Shown piece by piece: positions 42,706-54,475 of a DNA stretch of 64,000 nt. The notes under the pieces are model-generated. The model made no database searches. It saw only the letters and a program-made list of their open reading frames with translations, and had not been told where the DNA came from. How positions within the stretch are numbered: position 1 is the first letter of the stretch; the number at the start of each line of letters is the position of its first letter. The DNA comes from the human T2T-CHM13v2.0 reference genome, Homo sapiens, in NCBI RefSeq assembly GCF_009914755.1, contig NC_060928.1; one strand, given 5' to 3'. The position numbers and the translations under genes were made by a program.

Positions 42706-43137
42706 CTTGAATTGAGAAAAAAGCTTAATTTTATTTTAAAAGATCAAATGGTCATTGAATGATACTGTAACTACATCATATCATACCTAGGAAATCCAAA
42801 GAGTGCCCAGAAATTCCAGTTTGCATCTCTGATCAAAATCTGAGCAGAGTGCCACTCCTGGGACTGCTTGGTGCCAAATAAATCACATTGAAAGAGAAAT
42901 AATTCCTAGAGGCAAATTGGCAAGGGCTGTTTCTACCAATGGACAGCTTTTGTATTTTACCAAAAGTAATTTGTATTCAAAAAGGGAGAACAGTGCAAGT
43001 TTATACAGAAATTTCCTATTATTCACAGTAGATGTTTAAATATATATATATTTAAAATTTATAAATTCATACAGTGTATGGAGAAAAATCTAAAAAGGAA
43101 TTGTATCTTCCATTTTAGTAGTGTAGAAATGTGTATT

Positions 43138-43380
43138 GAACAATGAGAACACATGGACACAGGAAGGGGAACATCACAGTCCGGAGACTGTTGTTGGGTG
43201 GTGGGAGCGGGGAGGGATAGCATTAGGAGATATACCTAATGCTAAATGACGAGTTAATAGGTGCAGCACACCAACATGGCACATGTATACATATGTAACA
43301 AACCTGCACATTGTGCACATGTACCCTAAAACTTAAAGTATAATGATAATAAAATAAAAAAATTAAAAAATTAAAAAAAA
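43138..43380 (+). mobile_element. L1PA (about PA3-PA4) 3'UTR fragment, 5'-truncated insertion
   Basis: gaacaatgagaacacatggacacagg...gcattaggagatatacctaatgctaaatgacgag...cctaaaacttaaagtataat plus A-tail; TSD agaaatgtgtatt at 43125-43137 and 43381-43393. Confidence 0.95.
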
Positions 43381-44321
43381 AGAAATGTGTATTTCAATCT
43401 CATTGAATTATTAATAGATAATCTTAGTAGAAATTATATAAGTTAATAAAAACTATGGAATACAAAGCATTTTAACTGAAATCTGGATTTGTTACTTCCA
43501 AGTACAGACCTCTTTCATGACATAGTTGTAGAAGTAGATATGAATGTCATAGAATTTAATTCATTTGATGTTCATAAAACAGTTTTAAGTATTAATATCT
43601 TAAGCATTCCTATAATAGGTTTTCACAAGAGTAAATTAGCAAACTGAGTTAAAAAAAAAAAGAAACAATATCATGGAACAAATAAAACCATCAGCACAGC
43701 ACCATGGCTTGGTAAGGAACAAATAAATGAGACTTTATTCTCCTCCTTCGTGGTATGAGTGAGTTAATGTACCTCCCTAAACACCTAAAACTGCATCTTG
43801 AAATAAATGAATTCTAAAGAGTAAAAATACATATCATATTTTACTATTGGCTCAACCATATCCCAAAATGAAAGATAACATTAAATATTTATTCTGAAAT
43901 CTAAATTCATATCTTTAGACAGGGTATAACAGGCAAAATTATGAATTAAATACTATCATAATATTTTCAAAGTTATACTATCTTTGGTAATTTTTAACAC
44001 TCCATATTTTAGTCTTTTTTCTACAACTTTAATGTGAAAATATATATTTAGTAAAATTATATAAAAGATTTATGCACATTTATAAGAGATATTCTAAGTA
44101 CAAAGTAATTGAAGACAGGAGGAGAAGATGATAGGGACTAAATGCAAGCACTTATACTCATGCACATGTTCCTCAATCTCTCCCCTCCACGCACTGAGAG
44201 CAGTGCCTTCTGTGGGTGGCTGGATCAATTTGGTGTAATTCTAAAACTCAAAAATTATTTATTTTACTATTTAAATTCTATCTTATCACTCTTCATAGTT
44301 TTCCTAGCCTTTTTTTCTGTT

Positions 44322-44943
<622 letters not shown>

Positions 44944-44980
44944 TAACCTTTAAATGGAGGATCTTTAATGCTTTAAAGCT

Positions 44981-45361
44981 AGTATGGACGGATTTATGTA
45001 CCCTCAAAATTCACATTTTGAAGTCCTAACCCCCAATGTGACCATATTTGGAGACAGGGCCTTTAAGGAGGTAAATAAGGTTAAAAGAGTAACAAGGGTG
45101 GGACCCTAATCCAATAGGACTAATGTCATTGTAAGAAGAGGGAGAGACATCAGGAGTGTGCACACAGGGGAAGGGGCATGTGCAGACACAGTGAAAAGGT
45201 AGCCATCTGCATGCCAGTGTGAGAGGCCTCAACAGAAACGGACACTTCTAGCACCTTGACCTTGAACTTACAGCTTCTAGAACTGTCAGAAGATAAATTT
45301 TTGTTGTTTAAGCCACCCAGTCGGTGGTATTTTGTTATGGCAGCCCAAGCAGACTAAAGAC
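44981..45361 (+). mobile_element. MLT1A-type MaLR solo LTR
   Basis: caaaattcac...gaagtcctaacccccaatgtgacc...gtttaagccacccagt...tggtattttgttatggcagccc...gactaa. Confidence 0.88.
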
Positions 45362-48300
45362 GACAGCTAAAAACGATTTTTAAAAATAAGAAAGTAAAGT
45401 TTATTTTATGATCATTTTGAATAGTGAATGAATGACTAGAAAAAATCCTGTCAAAATAAATATATGAAAATCTGACCATGCTGTTGTGCTCATGGACAAA
45501 TCCTGTCTCCTCCGAGGGAAGTCTTTGCTTTTACGTGCATCCACGTGTCTCTTCTACTTCACTTTGTTGAACTCTAATTTCGATTACACTATAGATCCAT
45601 GAGCCTGGATGCGATATCTGTTTTTCATCATTGAATCACCTTATAGTACTGGGTGCTCAATTATCACTGTTGAAGACTTCAGGGGCACTTTATTTAGATA
45701 CAGCTCTGTATAAAACACATGGTTGTATTTCTTTAAATCTAATCTTAGATGGAGCAGGTGTACTCAATTCCTTCCTGCAATATTCTGTCAGATTTCAATC
45801 ACATTTGACATAACTTGGATTTCACTGAACTTAGATCTCTGGACCTCTCACTTTCATTATCTAGATTTATTTCCATATTTTTTTCAGGATTTTCTCCTCA
45901 CCCCTACATACTTACTTAATGTCCTGGCAATGCTGAACTATTTATTATTCCCCAAATATAGCCTGCTTTTCTTTTACTTTGCAGTAGGATTTTAATATAG
46001 TCTTTATATAACAAAGAAACATTTGGATCAATTTTCCAGTTCACTGTGTTTTTAGAAGATTGAAAATCATTTTCACTTAAATGATGCTTTGCTTTTAAAA
46101 AATATTTCTTATGATTTTTTTCAAACATATACAGAAGTAGAGACACTATCATAACAGACTTCCATATACCCATTACCAAAATTTCACATTTCTGTAAACT
46201 TGGCAGATAGTAGATTTTTTTACTAAATGAATTTAGCTGAATATTTTTACATAATGAAGATTTTATTATTACATAATGAAGATTAATTTGCTACAAAATT
46301 GTAGCAAATAGTAATATAGGTCTGATTATATTTCCTTATGAATTTAGACAAATAACAAATCATTTGTACCTATGAATGAAGTTATTTGTAGTCTTTGTCT
46401 ATCTTCGGTACTGCTATTTCAAAAATGGGCCATGACGACTTTAGTATGACTTTACTGACCCTTCTACTCATCTTGAAACATAGTCATCATTGGCTTCTTC
46501 AAGAATATTTTTTAATTTGTTGCATCTCTAAGTTACTAGAGGCAAAATAATAGATAATAATATAAATAGATTTCTATGTTTCTAAACACTTTTTAACCAC
46601 TTCATAAAGCTTATAGTTTTGAATAGAATATTACAGCCTAGCTTAATTTTTCCTTATTTTTTGAGTAAAGACTTGTGAAAAATCTTAAATGAATCAATTG
46701 TATAGAAGCATATACTATGACGAACTCTTGACTGTAGGCTATATTAATGATTCTTGATCTTCTTATAATTTATGACATGTTCATGACTCTCCTGGAGATA
46801 CTGGAGAAGACCTTTATGGCGGCTCATTGAAAGGAAGGTTAAAAGAGAAATCTAAGACCAAAGAGGAGATGCTGAAAGAATCAGCCTGCTGGAAAACTAT
46901 TTCAAGCAAGCAGATGAGCAAAAGGAAAGAGTGGAGCTGGGAAGAAACAAGCGGAATGAGAGCACTGGATCAAAGAAGGTGAGTGAAAGGATAACAGAAC
47001 CCAGCATGAAGATAAGGGGAGAGGGGTTGCAGGAAATGACTACTGACCTACGGTCAAAGCTGGGCCAGACAAAATTAGTGGATCTGGGGGTTTTGAGAGA
47101 TAAGGGTCTCACTCTTCCAAAGACCTGGAGAGCTAAGAGAAGCCGTTCAGTGTGGGCTGGGAGTTGAAGGACTATCAAGACACGATTGTATCATAGTGTG
47201 CCAGGTTAGGTACTGTTTGTACCCCAAGATTCTCTCACTCAATGCCCAACTGTGATTTGACCAGGAGGAGTGGTGAAGGGAATAGCAAGAGAAGAACAAT
47301 TAAGGGAAAGGCTAGGGTTTCATGGGTATAGTCTTCATACCATCACTCAGCTACCATTCCCCATCTCCTTTGGTTCTCCTAATACTGCTAGTAAAAAACA
47401 ATCAAGATAACTTATGCAAGAAATGTCCCTGGGCTTGGGAAGCTCTCTATTTAAATTCTTCAGGAGAGGTGAGGCTGTGTTTCACATTTCCCTGCCCTGT
47501 CTGGCCCCTATCTGTTTCTACCTCCACTGTCCTCCCCCAGACCTGCTGCCAAGCATCCACCAACAGCACCATCACTCTCTGTTCTCTCTCATGCTCCCCA
47601 CCACTTCCCACCTCCACCTGCTAGCCCTCTGTCCAAACAAAGAGGGTGGAAAGCAGGATATCGTGACACACTGAGGATATTTTTAAAATGCAAAATGTTG
47701 CTACATACTCCTCAGCAAAAAATGAGGCAGAGGATAAGAACAGTGTTAAATGAATAATTTGTGCTTTCTCTATAACACATTAGAGGTAGTACACAAACTA
47801 ATTATACTTCTAAACACTTTCTATAAACATGTCAGTAGCTAATTTTAAATGTAAATATCTCATGTCATGCCACAGGAGAAGAAATGTAAATATCTCCTAT
47901 ATTATACTTTTTCTATTTTCTAAATGGAATATTACAACTATTCTATCCACCAGCTCCATGAAAATTTATTTTAAAAGTACTGCACATGCTACTTGTAAAT
48001 CAGTGGGTTATATTATTGATACTGCTTTATTTCTAAAATTACATTTGCTAATATAGCTCTTAAACATCTCGGTGAGATATAGCATGAAACTTATTTATAC
48101 TGTTTATCTTTTATGTTTTTCTTTAAGCGAAAAAAAGTTTTTTTTCTTTTTCCATAAAGGGTTTAATGTAGATTATGAGTCAAAGTGAAAAAGAATGCGA
48201 ATGAGGGGTGTGGGACTATTATATATTCATAAAGATTAAAAATTAAGAAAAGAAAGAAAAAGAATGAGGGGTGCTAGGGTCTGGTTCAGGTTAGTTTCTG

Positions 48301-49105
48301 ACATTTAATAAGGAGTCATTATTAAACCATAAAGAGGCTAAAGGCCATAGTCAATAAAAATAACCTTGGAACTTTCAGGGAAAATATATGAATATCTGTA
48401 TAGTCTATTCTCTATATAAATTTATTTTCCTTGACAATTTAAATCATGATTATTAAATAATATAAATGGTAATTGTTCATCTGTATTTTATTAAATCTTT
48501 TCATGGAGAATAAAGCTCTTTGTAACACTATTCTTAAAATTCATACTATGGGAATGCCTTAAAATTAGTGATTATTATAATAAACAACTTAAGCTTTTCA
48601 TTTTTTGAGTAGATTTAAGCCCAACCTTTCTTATACTAAAACATAATCAAATGTCAGAGTATTATAGGGATATCTGACTATTTAATCACATAAATATAAT
48701 GGAGAAATCAGCTGCTCCATAAACAAGTCTAAATAGTCAACTTAATGTTGTCTAGCAAGAAAAAAAATACCTCTGGACAAGCATATGGTAACTTTCTCTG
48801 CCCATGGTTCAGAATCCCTCTAAATAAGATATTTATGAGGAAGCCATAGGGTGTATTCAATCAGAGGTGGCTTCTAACAACATACCAAATGTCTGGATGA
48901 AACGGAAATATTTATGCAATTACCTATGAATTTCCAAATGTAGCTAAGTTTAGAATGGACAAACTGATAACTCTTAAAGTTTTAACCTAAATACTGAAAT
49001 GGGAGAGGACCAGGAGGTATGACTATAACACAGCGACTAATTTGGGTGTATATTTCTTTTAAAAAGAGAAAACTCAAGTAAGAGGAAGAATCAATGCCAA
49101 CTCAC

Positions 49106-49285
49106 TTGTCTCTCCCATGTCGAACTTCATCCTGCTCCTTGGACTGGCGGCGGCGCTGTCTGGCAGATGTGGCAGAAGATGCTGATAGTGTTCCAGATTC
49201 TGAGTCCTCTGAACTTTGACCTCCAGAGTTATTAACATCAAAAAGATGTTGTTCTACAGCTGATCGGATGGTTCTTTCTAAGAGT
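49106..49285 (-). CDS. FAM13A: FAM13A coding exon, 180 nt, phase 2-2, (E)LLERTIRSAVEQHLFDVNNSGGQSSEDSESGTLSASSATSARQRRRQSKEQDEVRHGRD(K)
   Basis: Acceptor ttttttgccag|A, donor AA|gtgagt; within ORF 49102..49338. Confidence 0.97.
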
Positions 49286-50914
49286 CTGGCAAAAAAGAAT
49301 GCAGAGTCATTCAAGCAGTCAAGTTCATCAGTGATCACCTTAAAAAATCTGTGCCTACAGTTTTGGGAACATCTGTATTTCCAGTGGAAAGTCTTTAGAA
49401 CTTCATAAGCAAAGAGAGATGATGAGGCATTAATCTAAAAAATATCTGCATTATGTGTTAAAACCAAAACTAAACGAAAACAATTCTGCCAATTTAACAA
49501 CTTTCTCATCTTTGTGAAGCCAGTATTGCTGAAATGCTCATGGCAAGTCTAGCAACAATTATGAGGCATTCAGGAAACAGGGGTCAATCAATATAAGGAA
49601 GAATGAGGAAAGATTTTTTTTGCCCTCATAGAATAATAGTAGACCTATTCTTACAAAGGCAATTTCATACCAATTCTACAGAGGAAGAGAGAGTGATTTG
49701 CAAAGCAAACTGGCACAAATAATTTTATGATGCCTATTATCTATTTACAATCTAAGACAAAATTATATGAAAATAATGATATTTTGGGAAAAAACTCACC
49801 AGAACAATTAGAACTCACAACAGCATGGCATAATCTTTCCTAACCTCTATTCAATTAAATTGTGATGTTTATAATTAAAGCTGTATTCATGCAAACACCC
49901 CAGAACATATTACTGAAATTGGAAGGATAGATTTACTTTGTTCAACATGAGGAAAACACATAAGCACAAAGTGCTGAAAAGTGCATGGTAAGCTAGAAAT
50001 GGAATCATTTTTAAAGCTGTAGAATCTTTCAAGGTGTGTATACCTTTTAGCACCACATTATTTCCAAATAAGCTGGTATGGAAAGCTCTTAACTCAGAGT
50101 CCTCAAACCATGTTTTTCTTCGCTTGAAAAAGAACTATATATATATGTTCTAAATGCTCAGGCTGAGAAGTAGCATTTACTTAAATAAACTGTGTTTTGA
50201 GAACTTAACTAATTTCAGATTTTTCAAATGCAGTTTTATAATCGACTCATAGTTATTCAAATTTTATTAAAAATATTTTAAGATAATGAGGAAGTATAGT
50301 CAAATTAACTTGGGCATTAGAACTTTTATAGATAGAACTCCATGTCTCAAATGATTCAAGATTATTTAATCACAGTACAGAGGATTGTGAGTAAATTAAT
50401 ATGCACATAAGAGATGTACATAATATATAAATAACATATTCATGAGGATGCCATAAAATGCATTACATCAGAGGTGGCTTCCTACAACATACCAAACATC
50501 CAGATGAAACTGAAATATCTAAACAGAACAACCCTGCACTTTTTCCAAGCTATACAAGACCCATAAGGAAAGATTATTAGGAAATGAAAAAGGCAAGAAC
50601 ATGTCAGCCTTGGTGCAGTTCTTGAATATCTTTGAAACTGACAAAGCTAAAGGAGGTCAGTCCTGCCCTCTGATTGTTTTCTCTCCCAACAAGGAATTAA
50701 GAAAATGGAAATCCATCCTGTTAGATCCAAATTCATTTCAACTAGTGCTTCTTCTAATTCTTCTCTCTTCTCCCTATCACACCACATCTACCCCACCTCC
50801 TACACCTGATCCTTGCCAAGAGAAGATGCTCCAAAGAGGCCCACTCATGTCCCAGCAAGTAAGGAGAATAGGTAGGTGTAATGGAAACATATGTGAGCAA
50901 GGAGCTGTTCTGTC

Positions 50915-51400
50915 ATTCAGTGACTATTTATTTAGTGCCTAATATATGCCAGGAACTTCTCTAGGCAGTAGGGAGATAGCAATGAACATGTCAGACAAGT
51001 TCCTTGTATTTACAGAGCTTACATTCCCGTAGGGCAAGATAGATAATAAAGAAATAATGTAATTTCCAATAGTAATAAGTTCTCTAAAACATTGAGTAAA
51101 GTGGTGGCAAGTGAATATGGGTAGTTAGGAATAGAATCCTGGATAAGATGACACTTGAACGAGGAGTGAATGAGAAAAAAGTGCTGGCCAGGCTGAGGAA
51201 CAGCCAATACAAAGGCTCTGAGGCAGCAATAAGGTTGGCCCTCCGTGGGAACAGTAGGTCATGTGGCTGAAGTGTAATGAGCAATATGGTCAGAGGCATT
51301 AGCAAGGACTGATAACTGGAGTTTAGGTTTAGTCTAAGTGTCAGTGGAAGACTTTGGAGGAAAAGGCATGTGATGACATAATTAAGAGAGTACCGCCACT
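50915..51400 (-). mobile_element. L2 3' remnant
   Basis: cattcagtgactatttatttagtgcctaatatatgccagg...gagcttacattc...caaaggctctgagg. Confidence 0.78.
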
Positions 51401-51938
51401 GCCCTGTGGACCAGGGACTTGTTGCCATCACTAATTTGCTTTCTTTTCTGCATCCCTATTAGAGTGTAACATCCCTGAAGACAGGGCCCAAGGCGTCCTT
51501 GACATTACACATCTAACATGCGCCTGACGTGTTGCAGGCACTCAGTCAATGTAGGTTCAGTCAAATGAACTAAGTAGGGAGTAAAGACATGATTAATGGT
51601 TTAACCTTTAATTACATTATCCATTGCAAGATGCCTCCCAAAGTACATTAGACTACTTGCTAATATTAATTGATCCTGGCATTATTTTTAATGAAGTAAA
51701 CAAAAAGCTCATATTTTCCAATGTTGGAGTTGTCTGTAGGAATACACATATAGAAGCTCAAATAAGAATACCTATGTAGTCCTCTCCTCCATATAGTTTA
51801 AAAGTCACTGGCTGCTTATTATCTGAATTTTCCAATACTGTACACCATTAGAGTTGCTTTTTTTTTCTGTTTAATAAGTGGGACAGGGCATTAAAAAAAA
51901 AAAACCCAAAGCCCAAAAACCCAACCCAAATAACTTAC

Positions 51939-51980
51939 TCTCCGGTTGCAGACACATTGCTGACTTGGGGTACATGAGCA
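51939..51980 (-). CDS. FAM13A: FAM13A 42-nt symmetric microexon, phase 2-2, (S)AHVPQVSNVSATG(E)
   Basis: Long pyrimidine tract ctttctctttgcttcttttctgcag|T, donor GA|gtaagt; the peptide matches FAM13A immediately before LLERTIR. Confidence 0.93.
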
Positions 51981-52840
51981 CTGCAGAAAAGAAGCAAAGA
52001 GAAAGTCAGGTTAGATGAAAGATCAGAGATGATGAACCAAACATGTGAAGCGGATTGCAGGCTGAAAGAAATTAGCTCAGTCCCAAGTGATCCCCAAAAC
52101 AATGTTTAACCATCCAATGAAAGATGCTCATTTTCACTTGTTTCTAGAAATGGAGATGGCCCTGCTTGCTTATAACAGTGGCTTTTTCTCCTTTTAAAAG
52201 TTGTCCAAGGCAGACAATTCTATAACTAAATTTGGAAAACCATCTCTTAGCTGTCAACCTATTGCCACAGCAGCCCTAGTTCAAGGTCTTTTCATTTTCC
52301 TAAAATGTTAATTGTGGCCATGTGCCTTCCTGCCACCTACTTCACCTATTTCTATCTTTCCCCAGCCCAAATCCATTCCCTTCCTTCTCCTCTTAGGCCA
52401 GGAAACAGAACATCTTTCTAAAACTCTGCTCTCAACAGGCAGAGGGCAGTGGGGACGACAGGGATAGAGAACAAGGAACCGATATTGTTTTCTATATGAC
52501 TATTTCTAAACCATCTTTTCGAAGCCACATTTTCTTCCTAAGTTTCTCAGGATGGAAAGCATCTCAAGCTCTGTAATGTGTCAGCTTAACATCTAATTTA
52601 CAATGTTTTTGTTGAGCACTTACAAATTTTCATGATTTTCCCATTTTTTTAAAGCCTGAATTCTTTTAAAAGTATTGAGAAGTGGTCAACACAAAGTAGA
52701 ATGATAAAATTACAAAACACTATCAGGTTAGCATGCTTCAGAACTTTCCCCCTCATGCCTGCACTTATGTTCACATAACCACAATGAGTGTTGAGGCTGG
52801 CAGCTATTTTAATTGTATTAACACATTACATTCTCACAAT

Positions 52841-52854
52841 CTGCCCTCTAGTGT
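52841..52854 (-). promoter_or_regulatory. Candidate CTCF core motif
   Basis: Minus strand ACACTAGAGGGCAG, one mismatch from CCACTAGAGGGCAG; motif match only. Confidence 0.4.
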
Positions 52855-53464
52855 TTAGTTGGCTTGTGAATCAAGATTTAAAAGTGCCTATCCTTTAAAA
52901 GAAGAGGTTAAATATTGAGCAGATTTGAGACAATCTTTAGTCGTGTCAAACTATAGTTCTACCTAATAGTCCTAATAGTTCTTTTCTTTCTTTGTAGAGA
53001 CATTCAAAGAAAATCAAAGTTGTTAAGGACCAATATTGATAGTTGTCTTTCAATTACTCCAAACATTCTAATTTATACGATATAATTTTCAACATATGAA
53101 TATGTTGCTTGGGAATCATCTGTCAGGTTTTTCTCCCATGTAAGTGTATATCTCATCTCTTTCAATGTAGAATCTCAAGGCCTCAAGGGACTGTACAATA
53201 TTTCTCATTTTCTTTCATCACACTCCCTCCCACTACCACCACCATCATGTCTTCCATAGTACTCATTATCCCAGAGGTGATCAAAAAATGTTTACTCTTT
53301 CGCCCAAGATAATTTTCTTTAGTTAAAGCTGTAGCTCTTTGTTATGGCCACAGACAAACCCAGAAAAACCACGTAAAATCATGTGATTAGGTAAAAGGGA
53401 AGCTGATTCAAATTCGTATTAAATAATTAAGAAGATAAGTAAATAAATACAAACACCCTAAGAC

Positions 53465-53700
53465 TTACTGAGTACTTACTATGTTCCAGACACTGTGCTA
53501 AGTACTTTTACATAGTTTTTTTTTCACTTATTATTTACAATAACCCTATGAAGAGGTACTACTCTTTTCCCTGTTTTCAGATGAAGAGGTTAGAAAGGTT
53601 AAATAACTTACCCACAGCCATAGAACCAAGAAATAAATGAGCTAGGATTTGAACCAAGAAAGGTTTTAGCTCAGAGTCTAAGCTCTTAATCACTCCACTA
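53465..53700 (-). mobile_element. MIR SINE
   Basis: ttactgagtacttactatgttccagacactgtgctaag...caataaccctatga...gctaggatttgaacc. Confidence 0.82.
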
Positions 53701-54312
53701 GCTTGTCTTTCAATCCATTACTCACTACAGTCATCTTTGGATATGGAGGCCTGGCCTTAGGTATTTTACTTTGCTTTTAATTACAACAATTTCTCCTCTG
53801 CCTCACAATGCCTGTTATTCATAGTGGTTCCCAGGCTACATAACCAACAATAAAACCCTTTCTGCTTTCTGTCTTTAACTGGAACAAGCAGTCCTTGCTT
53901 TTGCTACTTTGTGGCTTACCCTCTGTAAATTCAACAATATATAATTAACTCCTATACTCCACTTCTCAGTACAGTTACACAACCTTGGTTTTGAGAGCAG
54001 GGACCCATATGAGTAATGACTCGGGGAAAACCCAGAAGAGAGTAAAGAATGTGGATCTGCTAGATGCTAAAAAACATTCCAAAGACATGTCATTAGCCTG
54101 TTAGTCCTCTATGCCATCTCAGAATGAAGACATGTATTTCCTCTCCTCCTTTCCACATCCTTTTGAACTGTCTTCTTTTTGACTATTAAAGCAGATCCTG
54201 ATGTTTTGATGTTCATTTTCCATGAAGGGAGGGTGAAGAAAGAAAGGCAAGAAAGAAAAAGACAAGGAAACAACAAACAAGATGAGGTTCTGAGATTTCT
54301 AACTCTTTAAAT

Positions 54313-54475
54313 AAGTGCTTCTTCATTCTTAATGTGCATAGGAATCACCTTGGCACTTGTTAATACAGACTGTGATTCAGCAGGTCTAGGTCTTGGGAAG
54401 GGGAAGCTGAGACTGCATTTCTAATACATTCCTCAGTGATTCTAATACTGTTGGTTTGTGGAAGACACTGAGTGG
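54313..54475. mobile_element. MER5-type DNA element
   Basis: gaatcacct...tgattcagcaggtctagg...tgcatttctaa...gtgattctaatactg. Confidence 0.7.

Noticed and set aside
50713-50892. Possible decayed duplicate of the 180-nt exon at the +1607 offset
   Set aside because: No visible similarity to the exon at the expected position.
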